From assembly GCF_042686195.1 (NCBI RefSeq), contig NZ_JBHUOQ010000001.1:1435775-1459774 (forward strand): a stretch of 24,000 nt of DNA. Reading direction: 5' to 3'. The position numbers and the translations under genes are program-made. Below, one piece after another: positions 1-8,017 of this stretch. The DNA is from Corticicoccus populi. Its GTDB lineage: Bacteria > Bacillota > Bacilli > Staphylococcales > Salinicoccaceae. The number at the start of each line of letters is the position of its first letter. The stretch's first letter is position 1. Below the pieces are notes generated by a model that saw only the letters and a list, made by a program, of their open reading frames with translations, did no database searches and was not told where the DNA came from.

Positions 1-529
1 CCACAAGTTTTCTTAAAAATTCATTGCGGTCCATTTCCATGCCGACACGGACACTGACCACCATATCCTTGTATTCTTCAGGATTACCGAGACCGTAAAT
101 ACAGCTGACAGACGCAATAATAATGACATCATCCCGTTCAAACAGCGCACTTGTCGCACTGTGCCGCAGCTTATCTATTTCATCATTAATCGAAGCATCT
201 TTTTCAATAAATGTATCTGTATGCGGTACATATGCTTCCGGCTGGTAGTAATCATAATAACTGACAAAATACTCTACTCTGTTATTTGGAAAGAACTCCT
301 TAAACTCACTGTATAACTGCCCTGCCAGAGTCTTATTGTGTGCAATGATTAACGTCGGTCTGCCGACCTCTTTAATCACCTGACTCATCGTAAATGTTTT
401 ACCTGTACCTGTTGCACCGAGCAGTGTCTGATGTCTCTGCCCCGAATTAATTTGAGAAGCAATCTCTTTAATCGCATTCGGTTGATCACCTGCCGGCTCA
501 AACTTTGATACTAAATCAAATTCAGCCAT
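1..529 (-). CDS. uvrB: Excinuclease ABC subunit B (UvrB), N-terminal ~176 aa; the gene continues past the left window edge
   Basis: Absent from the ORF track because it is open at the edge. My reverse-strand translation from ATG 529..527 gives [100 protein letters not shown]... This is the canonical UvrB N-terminus with Walker [18 protein letters not shown] lies 6 nt upstream of the ATG. Confidence 0.95.
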   Translation of the reverse strand, partial: MAEFDLVSKFEPAGDQPNAIKEIASQINSGQRHQTLLGATGTGKTFTMSQVIKEVGRPTLIIAHNKTLAGQLYSEFKEFFPNNRVEYFVSYYDYYQPEAYVPHTDTFIEKDASINDEIDKLRHSATSALFERDDVIIIASVSCIYGLGNPEEYKDMVVSVRVGMEMDRNEFLRKLV

Positions 530-562
530 GTACACGCCTCCCAATAATTATTAACATAATAT

Positions 563-592
563 ATTCTATCAAAAAAAGAACAGAAATAACAA
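563..592 (-). promoter_or_regulatory. Putative sigma-A promoter of uvrB (-35 TTGTTA, 18-nt spacer, -10 TAGAAT)
   Basis: The reverse strand reads cgaacaaatgTTTGTTAtttctgttctttttttgaTAGAATatatt. The -35 is at 592..587 and the -10 at 568..563. The -35 overlaps the LexA box. Confidence 0.45.
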
Positions 593-603
593 ACATTTGT
601 TCG
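590..603. promoter_or_regulatory. LexA (SOS/Cheo) box upstream of uvrB
   Basis: The reverse strand reads CGAACAAATGTTTG. This matches 13 of 14 positions of the Bacillus-type consensus CGAACRNRYGTTYC. It sits 61 nt upstream of the uvrB ATG and overlaps the putative -35. Confidence 0.7.
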
Positions 604-610
604 GTTATCT

Positions 611-847
611 CTATTCCTCTTTAACTTTATCAATTTCATAAATCTCAACCAGCATATAGCCGAGAACCAGTGACAGTGCATCTAAAAAAATAACCCATTC
701 CGTATTATAAAACCCTCTGTATATCGAGACACCGAACAGGATAAATGTAAGAATCACTGCAACATACTTATTTCTTGTCAATCTGGCAAAAGCAACCACT
801 GTAACAGCCGGAACCACCATGGCCATCATATACCAGTACAAATCCAT
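611..847 (-). CDS. Small membrane protein with three hydrophobic segments, CsbA-like
   Basis: Track ORF 611..850 opens with TTG. The ATG at 847 has a GAGGAG SD 9 nt upstream. The block RLTRNKYV...SIYRGFYNTEWVIF.DALSL..GY and the position immediately upstream of uvrB resemble B. subtilis CsbA as I recall it. The family call is tentative. Confidence 0.65.
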   Translation of the reverse strand: MDLYWYMMAMVVPAVTVVAFARLTRNKYVAVILTFILFGVSIYRGFYNTEWVIFLDALSLVLGYMLVEIYEIDKVKEE

Positions 848-850
848 CAA

Positions 851-1495
851 TTAAATCTCCTCATTATTTAAAATAGATTTCGTAATATCCATCAGTTCCG
901 TCTTTGGTATAAAGCGTTCTTTCAGCATATCCGTCAATATATTCTCAAGGAAATCCTGAACCGAAGCCATGTATGAATACTGTTTAATTGTAATTAAGGA
1001 CATTTCATAAATTTCAAAGAATAAAGGTTCGGGATTACGCTTTTGAATTTCTCCGAAAGATTCATAAAGCAGGTCTATTTTGTCTGCGACCGCAAGTATC
1101 TTCCCCTCGACCGACTGATCTTTCCCTTCTTTTAATCTTCGCTTATATATTTCCTGGTACTCTTCGGGAAATTCCTCTTCGATAAATTTAACTGTCATGG
1201 ACTCTTCCACTTCATGAAATAAAGAGCTCAGTTCATCTGTAGCATACTTTACCGGTGTTTTAATATCGCCTGTAAAAATCTCCGGGTAGTCATGGTTCAA
1301 TGCCTTCTCATATAAATTCTTCCAGTTGACTTCCACACCGTTGTGTTCTTCCACCGTTCCTAAATACTGCGCGATTTTCGTCACTTTAAACGAATGTGCC
1401 GCGACGTTATGTTCCTGATATTTAAATTTACCCGGACAACGGATTAATTTTTCCAAATCATTTAAACTCTTAAAATACTGATGTACTCCCATCAT
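851..1495 (-). CDS. HD-domain metal-dependent phosphohydrolase (YfbR-like 5'-deoxynucleotidase family)
   Basis: 214-aa ORF with an H...HD signature (NVAAHSF...; ALNHDYPEIFTGDIKTP). A GAAGGAGG SD precedes it. An ATGA start/stop overlap with the upstream TlpA-like gene indicates an operon. Confidence 0.85.
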   Translation of the reverse strand: MMGVHQYFKSLNDLEKLIRCPGKFKYQEHNVAAHSFKVTKIAQYLGTVEEHNGVEVNWKNLYEKALNHDYPEIFTGDIKTPVKYATDELSSLFHEVEESMTVKFIEEEFPEEYQEIYKRRLKEGKDQSVEGKILAVADKIDLLYESFGEIQKRNPEPLFFEIYEMSLITIKQYSYMASVQDFLENILTDMLKERFIPKTELMDITKSILNNEEI

Positions 1496-2079
1496 GATGC
1501 CTCCTTCACATATTCAATATAACTGGTTAACTGCTCAGGTGTAATTTCCCCGATATATGCACGCACCACGTCTCCCTCACTGTTCAAAAAGAAAGTCGTC
1601 GGCATTAAGTTAATATGATACTGATCAATCGCTTCCGATTCATCACTGAACTCAAAAATCGGATACTCAACTTCATAGGTCTCTAAAAACCTGTCCCGGT
1701 TCTCAGCACTGTCACGCAGATTAATACCGACCACTTCCACCGGTGACTCTGACTGATCATTGTAATACTGATTTAAATCCGGCGTTTCTCTTTTACACGG
1801 CTCACACCATGATGCAAAAAAATTCACAACAGTGACTTCATTATTTTCAACAATGTCGGAAAATGAGCCGTTATTATTTATTACCCTGTCAAAGTCCTGT
1901 TCTAACAAATTTTCACCGACTGCGTGATGATTATCACGTCCTTCAGACTGCTTAACCGTTTCAATACTCTGTGCCCTGAACTCATCTTCAGAATAATTCA
2001 TCACTGCATATACACTCACAGCAACGAGCAGGATAAAAGAAACCACCGCAAATATAATTATCGTCTTTCTTGTCTTCAT
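1492..2079 (-). CDS. Membrane-anchored thioredoxin-fold thiol-disulfide oxidoreductase (TlpA/ResA family)
   Basis: 195 aa with an N-terminal TM anchor (IIIFAVVSFILLVAVSVYAV) and the WCEPCKRE CxxC redox motif in a thioredoxin-like fold (VVNFFASWCEPC...PTTFFLN). Confidence 0.9.
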   Translation of the reverse strand: MKTRKTIIIFAVVSFILLVAVSVYAVMNYSEDEFRAQSIETVKQSEGRDNHHAVGENLLEQDFDRVINNNGSFSDIVENNEVTVVNFFASWCEPCKRETPDLNQYYNDQSESPVEVVGINLRDSAENRDRFLETYEVEYPIFEFSDESEAIDQYHINLMPTTFFLNSEGDVVRAYIGEITPEQLTSYIEYVKEAS

Positions 2080-2168
2080 AAATGATCAGCCTCATTTTAT
2101 TATTTCAATCATTTTATCATATGACACAAAAATAAAAAGTGTCTAATTTATATCACTTTTTTATGAAC

Positions 2169-2196
2169 AAAAAAACGGAAAGCCTTCCGGCCTCCC
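2169..2196 (-). terminator. Intrinsic terminator of the P60 hydrolase gene
   Basis: The reverse strand reads GGGAGGCC-ggaa-GGCTTTCC (8 bp including 2 G-U pairs), then G and seven U. It lies 25 nt after the stop at 2221. Confidence 0.75.
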
Positions 2197-2220
2197 GCTT
2201 CTTTCATATCATATTCTAAA

Positions 2221-2907
2221 TTAATATCTGTAATAACCGTCAATTGAACCAGACACATAGTTGACTGAACGTTCACCAACGTGCTCGGACGGGTTAAGTG
2301 CATCAACCATCTGACCGTTGCCGATGTAGATTCCAACGTGAGTTCCGCCGTTAAAGAATACTAAGTCACCAGGCTGTGGATCTGATACTTGAGTACCTGC
2401 TGCCTGTTGTCCGGCAGCTGTTCTTGGAATATCAATTCCTTTATGCTCTTTCATGAACTGCTGAGTCAGAGCTGAACAGTCGACTGCAGTCGCACTGTTT
2501 CCACCGTATACGTATGATTTACCGGATGCAACTGAATGTGCAGTTGATGCTGCACCGCTGTTGTTTGTTGAAACATCTGCATCTGCAGTCGGTGCAGGTG
2601 CCTGTGGTACTTCAACATCATTAGATTCTACAGTTTCTGTAGCTTCCTCAGTATTGTAGTCGTATGAAGCAGTGTCATCATATGTGAATGACTCTTCTGA
2701 AACTGTGTAGTCTGTATTTGATACAGTGTAATCTACATAATCCGCTGCTTCATAGCTCGGTCCTTCATAAGTATAACTCCATGTATTGTCATAAGTGTCT
2801 GCCTGCTGTGTATTCTCTCCTGAACCATATGCATTCGCTGAAACGCCCTGTGCTGTAATCCCGGAAAGTGCTGTTACTGTAGCAAGTGATACTAATGTCT
2901 TCTTCAT
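2221..2907 (-). CDS. Secreted NlpC/P60 (C40) cell-wall peptidase with a low-complexity Y/T/D/E-rich N-terminal region
   Basis: Signal peptide MKKTLVSLATVTALSGITAQGVSANA. The C-terminal P60 core has the catalytic Cys context (YVYGGNSATAVDCSALTQQF) and the His block (GDLVFFNGGTHVGIYIGNGQMVDA). A TAGGAGGA SD lies 9 nt upstream of the ATG. Confidence 0.9.
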   Translation of the reverse strand: MKKTLVSLATVTALSGITAQGVSANAYGSGENTQQADTYDNTWSYTYEGPSYEAADYVDYTVSNTDYTVSEESFTYDDTASYDYNTEEATETVESNDVEVPQAPAPTADADVSTNNSGAASTAHSVASGKSYVYGGNSATAVDCSALTQQFMKEHKGIDIPRTAAGQQAAGTQVSDPQPGDLVFFNGGTHVGIYIGNGQMVDALNPSEHVGERSVNYVSGSIDGYYRY

Positions 2908-3000
2908 AATAAAAAAATCCTCCTAAAATAATTAACTCCAAAAATCTATATGTGGTTCCCCTCGTGAGGTTTAAAAGTTATTTGTTTATCACTGCCAAGA

Positions 3001-3011
3001 ACTATAACACA
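3001..3011 (-). promoter_or_regulatory. Putative extended -10 promoter (TGTGnTATAGT, -16 TRTG type) for the P60 gene
   Basis: The reverse strand reads aTGTGTTATAGTtc. This is a TRTG -16 element plus a TATAGT -10, about 95 nt upstream of the ATG. No good -35 is present. Confidence 0.4.
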
Positions 3012-3032
3012 TAAAAATCCCTCTGTGTGACA

Positions 3033-3049
3033 TGTAACCCACTTGTAAT
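3033..3049 (+). promoter_or_regulatory. WalR (YycF)-type direct repeat TGTAAC-ccact-TGTAAT
   Basis: An exact match to the published consensus TGTWAH-N5-TGTWAH. It lies just upstream of the putative P60 promoter, 126 nt from the start codon. Confidence 0.5.
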
Positions 3050-3225
3050 ATAAAAGAAATGAGCGAAATAAAAAACGACATATTTCACTTTAAAAATAAA
3101 AATATACGTAATATGTTTCAAGCTCTCAATCACTTGCAGTCACTGGTTTAACAGGGTTAATTACATATTTTCACATTATTTTAAGCAGGTTATTTTACAA
3201 TTAAATTTCAGTATTTTTTCAGGCC

Positions 3226-3258
3226 TAAAAATAAAAACACCGGTTAAAATAACCGGTG
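3226..3258 (-). terminator. Intrinsic terminator after cccB
   Basis: The reverse strand reads CACCGGTT-atttt-AACCGGTG followed by TTTTTATTTTT. It starts 5 nt after the stop at 3263. Confidence 0.85.
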
Positions 3259-3262
3259 CTTC

Positions 3263-3595
3263 CTATTCCTCAGTCTGTGAACTCAGCCACTCTACTATTG
3301 TATCCAAATCTTCCTGGTCTGTAATCAGACCGCCGCGCATCTGTCCTTTTCCGTTAACGATAATGGATTCTATCTCATCCGGTGTATAACGGTTTCCCAC
3401 ATCCTGAAGATTGGGTCCTGTGCCCCCTTCAAGTGCTCTGCCGTGACATCCCATACAGCTGTTGGCCTGATACAGTTCTTCACCGGGTGACAGATCTTCA
3501 GTTGAAGCACTGTCTTCTCCGGATCCGCACGCCCCGACAAGAAGAACTGATGACATCCCTGTAAACAACAGTAATTTCTTAAACATTTTAATCAT
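3263..3595 (-). CDS. cccB: Lipoprotein cytochrome c-551 (class I c-type cytochrome)
   Basis: 110 aa with a lipobox LLVGAC, the haem-binding motif CMGCH and a distal Met region (GKGQMRG). It sits downstream of prfB, as cccB does in the B. subtilis secA-prfB region. Confidence 0.85.
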   Translation of the reverse strand: MIKMFKKLLLFTGMSSVLLVGACGSGEDSASTEDLSPGEELYQANSCMGCHGRALEGGTGPNLQDVGNRYTPDEIESIIVNGKGQMRGGLITDQEDLDTIVEWLSSQTEE

Positions 3596-3603
3596 TCCGC
3601 CTT

Positions 3604-4705
3604 CTACATTGTCATTCTCAAATATGCGTCGATGAAAGGAGATAGATCTCCGTTCATTACTTTATCTGTATTTCCGGTCTCATAATTTGTTCTGTGGTCC
3701 TTGACCATGGAATATGGATGGAATACATATGAACGAATCTGACTGCCCCATCCGATTTCTTTCTGTTCACCTTTAATCTCGTCAATCTCGGCCTGCTGTT
3801 CTTCAAGCTTCCTTTGATAGAGCTTGGATTTCAACATTTTCATTGCCTGTTCACGGTTTTTAATCTGGGAACGTTCATTTTGACACGTTACGACAATGCC
3901 TGTTTCATGGTGCGTAATACGAACCGCAGAATCGGTTGTATTAATATGCTGACCGCCGGCACCGCTCGCACGGTATGTGTCGATATTGATATCTTCAGGT
4001 TTAATCTCAATTTCGATCTCCGTATTATCAAACTGCGGTGTCACTTCACATGACACAAAAGAAGTATGTCTTCTTCCCGATGAATCAAACGGTGAAATTC
4101 TGACCAGACGATGTACGCCTTTTTCAGCCTTAAGCAGGCCGTAGGCGTTCACACCTTTAATAGAAAGCGTGACACTTTTAACCCCTGCTTCATCTCCTGC
4201 AAGGTAATCCAGCGTCTCAACTTTAAATCCTTCCGCTTCCGCATAACGCTGATACATTCTAAGAAGCATCTCAGCCCAGTCCTGACTCTCTGTACCGCCG
4301 GCACCCGGGTGGAGTTCCAAAATCGCACTCAAATGATCATGTTCGTCACTTAAAAGAATGTTCAGCTCAAACGTTTTAATCTTTTCATCTGTGTCCTTCA
4401 CTTCTGTTTCAAGCATTTCTTTCATATCTTCATCAAAATCTTCTTTTAACAGTTCACGCGTCACTTCAATATCCTCAAGTGCCGCTTCAATTTCCCTGAA
4501 TGCATCAACAATCTTCTTTAAATGGTTGTTCTTTCCGATAACATCCTGGGCTTTCTCCTGATCATTCCAAAAGCCAGGGTCTGCCATCTGTTCTTCATAC
4601 TCTTCTATTTGAGTCTCTTTTTCCTCTAAGTCAAAGAGACCCCCTGAAATCGTTAATCTTTGCTGTCCGGTCTTCTACAAAATTCTTAATATCTGATAGT
4701 TCCAT
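3604..4705 (-). CDS. prfB: Peptide chain release factor 2, made by a programmed +1 frameshift (frame 0: 4705..4634; +1 frame: 4632..3604)
   Basis: The track ORF (327 aa) contains the SPF tripeptide ([15 protein letters not shown]) and GGQ ([11 protein letters not shown]). Upstream frame-0 translation from ATG 4705 gives [24 protein letters not shown], ending at an in-frame TGA. After a +1 shift it continues [24 protein letters not shown]. An AAGGTGA SD overlaps the secA stop. Confidence 0.95.
4630..4645 (-). other. prfB autoregulatory +1 frameshift site AGGGGG-TCT-CTT-TGA-C
   Basis: The reverse strand reads AGGGGGTCTCTTTGAC. It contains an internal SD-like AGGGGG, then 3 nt, then the slippery CUU followed by UGA C. 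This matches the classical RF2 recoding signal. Confidence 0.92.
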
Positions 4706-4716
4706 ACCGCTTCACC

Positions 4717-7245
4717 TTATCTTCCATGACAATTTTTATATTTTTTACCTGAACCGCACGGGCACGGATCATTTCGCCCGACATCCACTGCTTTTTTTAC
4801 AGGGGCTTTCTTTTTCACTTTTGCTTTACCGTCGCCTGTCTGCATTTCTTTTTTATCAATCACCTGTTTACGCTTCAGCTCTTCATCCGATCTGACTTCT
4901 GTCTTACAGATATATTTCGCTGTGTCCTCTTCAATTGACACGAGCATATCTTCAAACATCTGAAGTCCTTCATTCTGATATTCACGAAGCGGGTTAATCT
5001 GGCCGTAGGAACGCAGATGAATCCCTGTTCTAAGCTGTTCCATGCTGTCAATATGCTCCACCCATTTCTGGTCAATCGTACGGAGCATCATCATTCTTTC
5101 AAACAGGCGCATTTTTTCTTCTCCGAGCGTTTCTTCTTTAGCTTCAAGCACCTCTTTAATTTTATCCATAATGAGTGCTTCAAGTTCTTCAGGCTCTTTA
5201 CCTTTTAAGTCATCTTCCCCAAGAACTGATTCAGTGAAATAAAGATCTTCCAGAGTTTTAACGAACTGCTCATAATCAATTGCTTCTATTTCATCAATAC
5301 TGTAATAATTGACTGTCCGTTCAACAGATGCCTCAATCATTCCCATCATCTGGTCTGTGACATCATCGTTATCAATAATATCATTACGTTCTTTATAGAT
5401 GATTTCACGCTGACGGCGGAGCACATCATCATACTGCAAGAGACGCTTACGTGCATCGAAGTTATTACCCTCCACACGCTTTTGTGATGATTCCACTGCA
5501 CGGGAAATCATTTTGGACGTCAGCTCTTCGCCTGACATTCCAAGTCTGTTCATCGCACCCTGGATTCTTTCAGAGCCGAAACGCTTCATAAGATCATCTT
5601 CCAGTGACAGGTAGAATGTGCTGATACCGACATCCCCCTGACGCCCTGAACGACCGCGGAGCTGATCATCAATACGTCTCGATTCGTGACGCTCTGTACC
5701 GATAACCGCAAGACCGCCGATTTCTTTCACACCATCTCCGAGTTTAATATCCGTACCGCGCCCTGCCATATTCGTTGCGATTGTCACAGCACCTTTTTTA
5801 CCGGCACTCAAAATGATTTCTGCTTCTCTCTCATGGTTCTTTGCGTTTAGTACATTATGGCGGATACCTTTACGTCTCAGCATCTCACTGATGTACTCAC
5901 TCGTTTCAACTGCGACTGTACCAATTAACACCGGCTGGCCGTTTCTGTGGCGTTCCACAACTTCATTAATCACTGCATTAAACTTGTAGTCTTTCGCAGA
6001 ATATATTTTATCTGTTCTGTCCTCACGGGCAATCGGCTTGTTCGTCGGGATTTGAGTGACTTTCATATTATAGATGTTTAAAAACTCTTCTTCTTCCGTT
6101 TTCGCAGTACCGGTCATACCTGACAGCTTTGTAAACTGACGGAAGAAGTTCTGAAATGTGATTGATGCCATCGTGCGGGATTCATTTTGAATTTCCACGC
6201 CTTCTTTCGCTTCAATCGCCTGATGAAGTCCATCCGAGAAACGGCGGCCCTTCATTTTACGGCCGGTGAACTGGTCGACAATCACAATCTTTTCTTCCTC
6301 AACCACATAATCCACATCGTTTTCCATCGAATGGTGGGCTTTAAGCGCCTGGTTAATATGATGCAGCAGATTTACATTCTTCACATCGTAAAGGTTCTCT
6401 ACTTTAAACCACTGCTCTGCTTTTTCCATACCGCTTTCAGTCAGCTGAATGCCTTTAGTTTTCACGTCATACGTAAAATCAGTTTCATTCTCAAGCACCT
6501 TCACAAATGCATCTGCTTCCATATACTGAGTCTCAGAACGTTTCGCACGCCCTGAAATAATCAGCGGCGTTCTCGCTTCATCTATCAGAATGGAGTCAAC
6601 TTCATCGACAATCGCATAGTTTAATTCCCGCAGCACACGGTCTTTTTTATAAGTCACCATGTTGTCTCTCAAATAATCAAAGCCGAGCTCATTATTTGTT
6701 GTATACGTAATGTCCTGACTGAACGCTTCTCTTTTTTCCTCACTGTTTTTTGCATTTAAGTTCAAGCCGACAGTAAGCCCGAGGAAATTATATAAAACGG
6801 ACATCTCCTCCATCTGTGTCGCTGATAAATATTCATTGACAGTGATTACATGGACACCGCGTCCCGTAAGCGCGTTTAAATAAACCGGCATTGTCGCCGT
6901 CAGCGTTTTACCTTCACCGGTCTTCATTTCTGCAATATCACCTTTATGAAGAGCAGCCCCGCCCATAATTTGTACAGGGAACGGCTCCATACCGAGTACA
7001 CGTCTTGATGCTTCACGCACCAGTGCGAATGCTTCCGGCAGTATCTGCTCTAAAATTTTCTCTTCTTTTTTTATATCTCCATCTGCTTCTTTTAACTTCG
7101 TTTTAAAAGATTCTGTTTTATCCCGAAATTCCTGATCACTTAATTTTGCGAAGTCATCTTTAAAATTTCCGACTTTATCCGCCTGCTTTTTCAAAGACTT
7201 GACTTCAAATCTATTTCCGTCAAACACCTTGCCCAAAACACCCAT
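4717..7245 (-). CDS. secA: Preprotein translocase ATPase SecA
   Basis: 842 aa with Walker [10 protein letters not shown], the block [20 protein letters not shown], motor and scaffold domains, and the C-terminal zinc finger [14 protein letters not shown]. Confidence 0.98.
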   Translation of the reverse strand: MGVLGKVFDGNRFEVKSLKKQADKVGNFKDDFAKLSDQEFRDKTESFKTKLKEADGDIKKEEKILEQILPEAFALVREASRRVLGMEPFPVQIMGGAALHKGDIAEMKTGEGKTLTATMPVYLNALTGRGVHVITVNEYLSATQMEEMSVLYNFLGLTVGLNLNAKNSEEKREAFSQDITYTTNNELGFDYLRDNMVTYKKDRVLRELNYAIVDEVDSILIDEARTPLIISGRAKRSETQYMEADAFVKVLENETDFTYDVKTKGIQLTESGMEKAEQWFKVENLYDVKNVNLLHHINQALKAHHSMENDVDYVVEEEKIVIVDQFTGRKMKGRRFSDGLHQAIEAKEGVEIQNESRTMASITFQNFFRQFTKLSGMTGTAKTEEEEFLNIYNMKVTQIPTNKPIAREDRTDKIYSAKDYKFNAVINEVVERHRNGQPVLIGTVAVETSEYISEMLRRKGIRHNVLNAKNHEREAEIILSAGKKGAVTIATNMAGRGTDIKLGDGVKEIGGLAVIGTERHESRRIDDQLRGRSGRQGDVGISTFYLSLEDDLMKRFGSERIQGAMNRLGMSGEELTSKMISRAVESSQKRVEGNNFDARKRLLQYDDVLRRQREIIYKERNDIIDNDDVTDQMMGMIEASVERTVNYYSIDEIEAIDYEQFVKTLEDLYFTESVLGEDDLKGKEPEELEALIMDKIKEVLEAKEETLGEEKMRLFERMMMLRTIDQKWVEHIDSMEQLRTGIHLRSYGQINPLREYQNEGLQMFEDMLVSIEEDTAKYICKTEVRSDEELKRKQVIDKKEMQTGDGKAKVKKKAPVKKAVDVGRNDPCPCGSGKKYKNCHGR

Positions 7246-7344
7246 GGATTTTCTCTCCCTATTTGTTGCACTTTATTCTTTATACATCCCAATATTTTAA
7301 CACTTTTTTCGTCAATTTTCATCAAATTAAAATATGTATGCTTT

Positions 7345-7374
7345 TCATAAAAATATCCCGGGCACACGCCCGGG
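7345..7374 (-). terminator. Intrinsic terminator after hpf
   Basis: The reverse strand reads CCCGGGC-gtgt-GCCCGGG followed by ATATTTTTAT. It lies 26 nt after the stop at 7400. Confidence 0.8.
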
Positions 7375-7399
7375 AATAGAGATAAATATATTTAAATTA

Positions 7400-7963
7400 T
7401 CAGCTGGTTTCAATTAAGCCGTATTTACCGTCTTTTCTTCTGTAAACAATACTTGTCCCTTCAGTCTCTCTGTCATTAAATACAAAGAAATCATGGCCGA
7501 GCATGTTCATCTGTAACACCGCTTCTTCTGAATCCATCGGTTTCAGCTGGAACTCTTTAGAACGAACAATCTCGATTCCGGAATCATCACCGTTTGTATC
7601 ATTCTCTTCAAGTTCTTCCTGGGCAAGGGCTGCAAATAGTTCCGCTTCAGGATTCTTTTCTCTGAATTTACGGTTGATTTTTGTTTTATGTTTTCTAATT
7701 TGTCGTTCGAGCTTATCAATATTTAAGTCAACTGCTGCATATAGATCGTCGTGTCTTTCCTCTGCACGTAATGTTATGTCTTTCATCGGAATCGTTATTT
7801 CAACTTTTCCCATCTTATTATTGTAAGTCTTAACATTTACATGAGCATGAGTATTTGGAACATCATTAAAGTAACGTTCTAATTTCCCCACTTTCTCCTC
7901 TACGAAGTTTCGGATTGCGTCTGTTACCTCAATGTTTTCTCCACGAATTTCACATCTAATCAT
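7400..7963 (-). CDS. hpf: Ribosome hibernation promoting factor, long form (100S dimerisation)
   Basis: The track ORF begins at a TTG (7981). The ATG at 7963 ([32 protein letters not shown]) has a GAAGGAGGG SD 7 nt upstream. It has an N-terminal RaiA/YfiA fold and a C-terminal dimerisation domain ([45 protein letters not shown]). Confidence 0.93.
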   Translation of the reverse strand: MIRCEIRGENIEVTDAIRNFVEEKVGKLERYFNDVPNTHAHVNVKTYNNKMGKVEITIPMKDITLRAEERHDDLYAAVDLNIDKLERQIRKHKTKINRKFREKNPEAELFAALAQEELEENDTNGDDSGIEIVRSKEFQLKPMDSEEAVLQMNMLGHDFFVFNDRETEGTSIVYRRKDGKYGLIETS

Positions 7964-8003
7964 GATGATGCCCTCCTTCAAAATGCTATCCTTCTTACTT
8001 GAT

Positions 8004-8012
8004 ATTATACCA
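8004..8012 (-). promoter_or_regulatory. Putative extended -10 promoter (TGgTATAAT) for hpf; the overlapping sequence also resembles a sigma-B promoter
   Basis: The reverse strand reads cGTTTTCaaaggcgtaatggttTGGTATAATatc, starting inside the 3' end of comFC. TGnTATAAT fits sigma-A. GTTTTC-N15-TGGTAT is close to the sigma-B consensus GTTTAA-N12-15-GGGTAT. Confidence 0.45.
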
Positions 8013-8017
8013 AACCA

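Noticed and set aside
2148-2336. 62-aa minus-strand ORF overlapping the 3' end of the P60 gene and its terminator.
   Set aside because: It is out of frame with, and nested in, the conserved P60 catalytic domain. It also runs through the terminator hairpin. It is a spurious ORF.
2908-3120. Possible cyclic-di-AMP (ydaO/kimA-type) riboswitch in the leader of the NlpC/P60 gene. That class often precedes cell-wall hydrolase genes, and the leader contains ACGAGGGGAACCAC and AACCTCACG, which resemble riboswitch core strings.
   Set aside because: The two resemblances are adjacent and in the wrong order. The pseudo-two-fold pattern (GGGGA...CCCA, GGGUGAAUC, ACCCGAAUCCG...CUAACCUCGUA) is absent. A covariance-model scan (Rfam RF00379) would be decisive, and I expect no hit.
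2989-3151. Two unlisted 30-codon ORFs in the long intergenic region. One is minus-strand 3081..2989 (MSFFISLISFILQVGYMSHRGIFMCYSSWQ, partly hydrophobic and type-I-toxin-like). The other is plus-strand 3059..3151 (MSEIKNDIFHFKNKNIRNMFQALNHLQSLV).
   Set aside because: Neither has a convincing Shine-Dalgarno. The minus-strand ORF overlaps the putative P60 promoter and the WalR box, and its hydrophobic stretch is too short for a TM helix. ORFs of this length are expected by chance. Ribosome profiling or conservation analysis would be needed to revive them.
3148-3165. Second WalR-like repeat TGTAAT-taaccc-TGTTAA on the gene strand.
   Set aside because: The half-sites are fine, but the spacer is 6 nt instead of the required 5, which breaks the 11-bp periodicity. 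I mention it only as supporting context for the exact site at 3033..3049.
7964-7981. N-terminal extensions in the ORF track: hpf from TTG 7981, tagO from 12725, the oxidoreductase from TTG 22739, the small membrane proteins from TTG 850 and TTG 15260.
   Set aside because: In each case a downstream ATG has a much better-spaced SD and matches the homolog N-terminus. The extension would also cover promoter or hairpin sequence. tagO remains the least certain.
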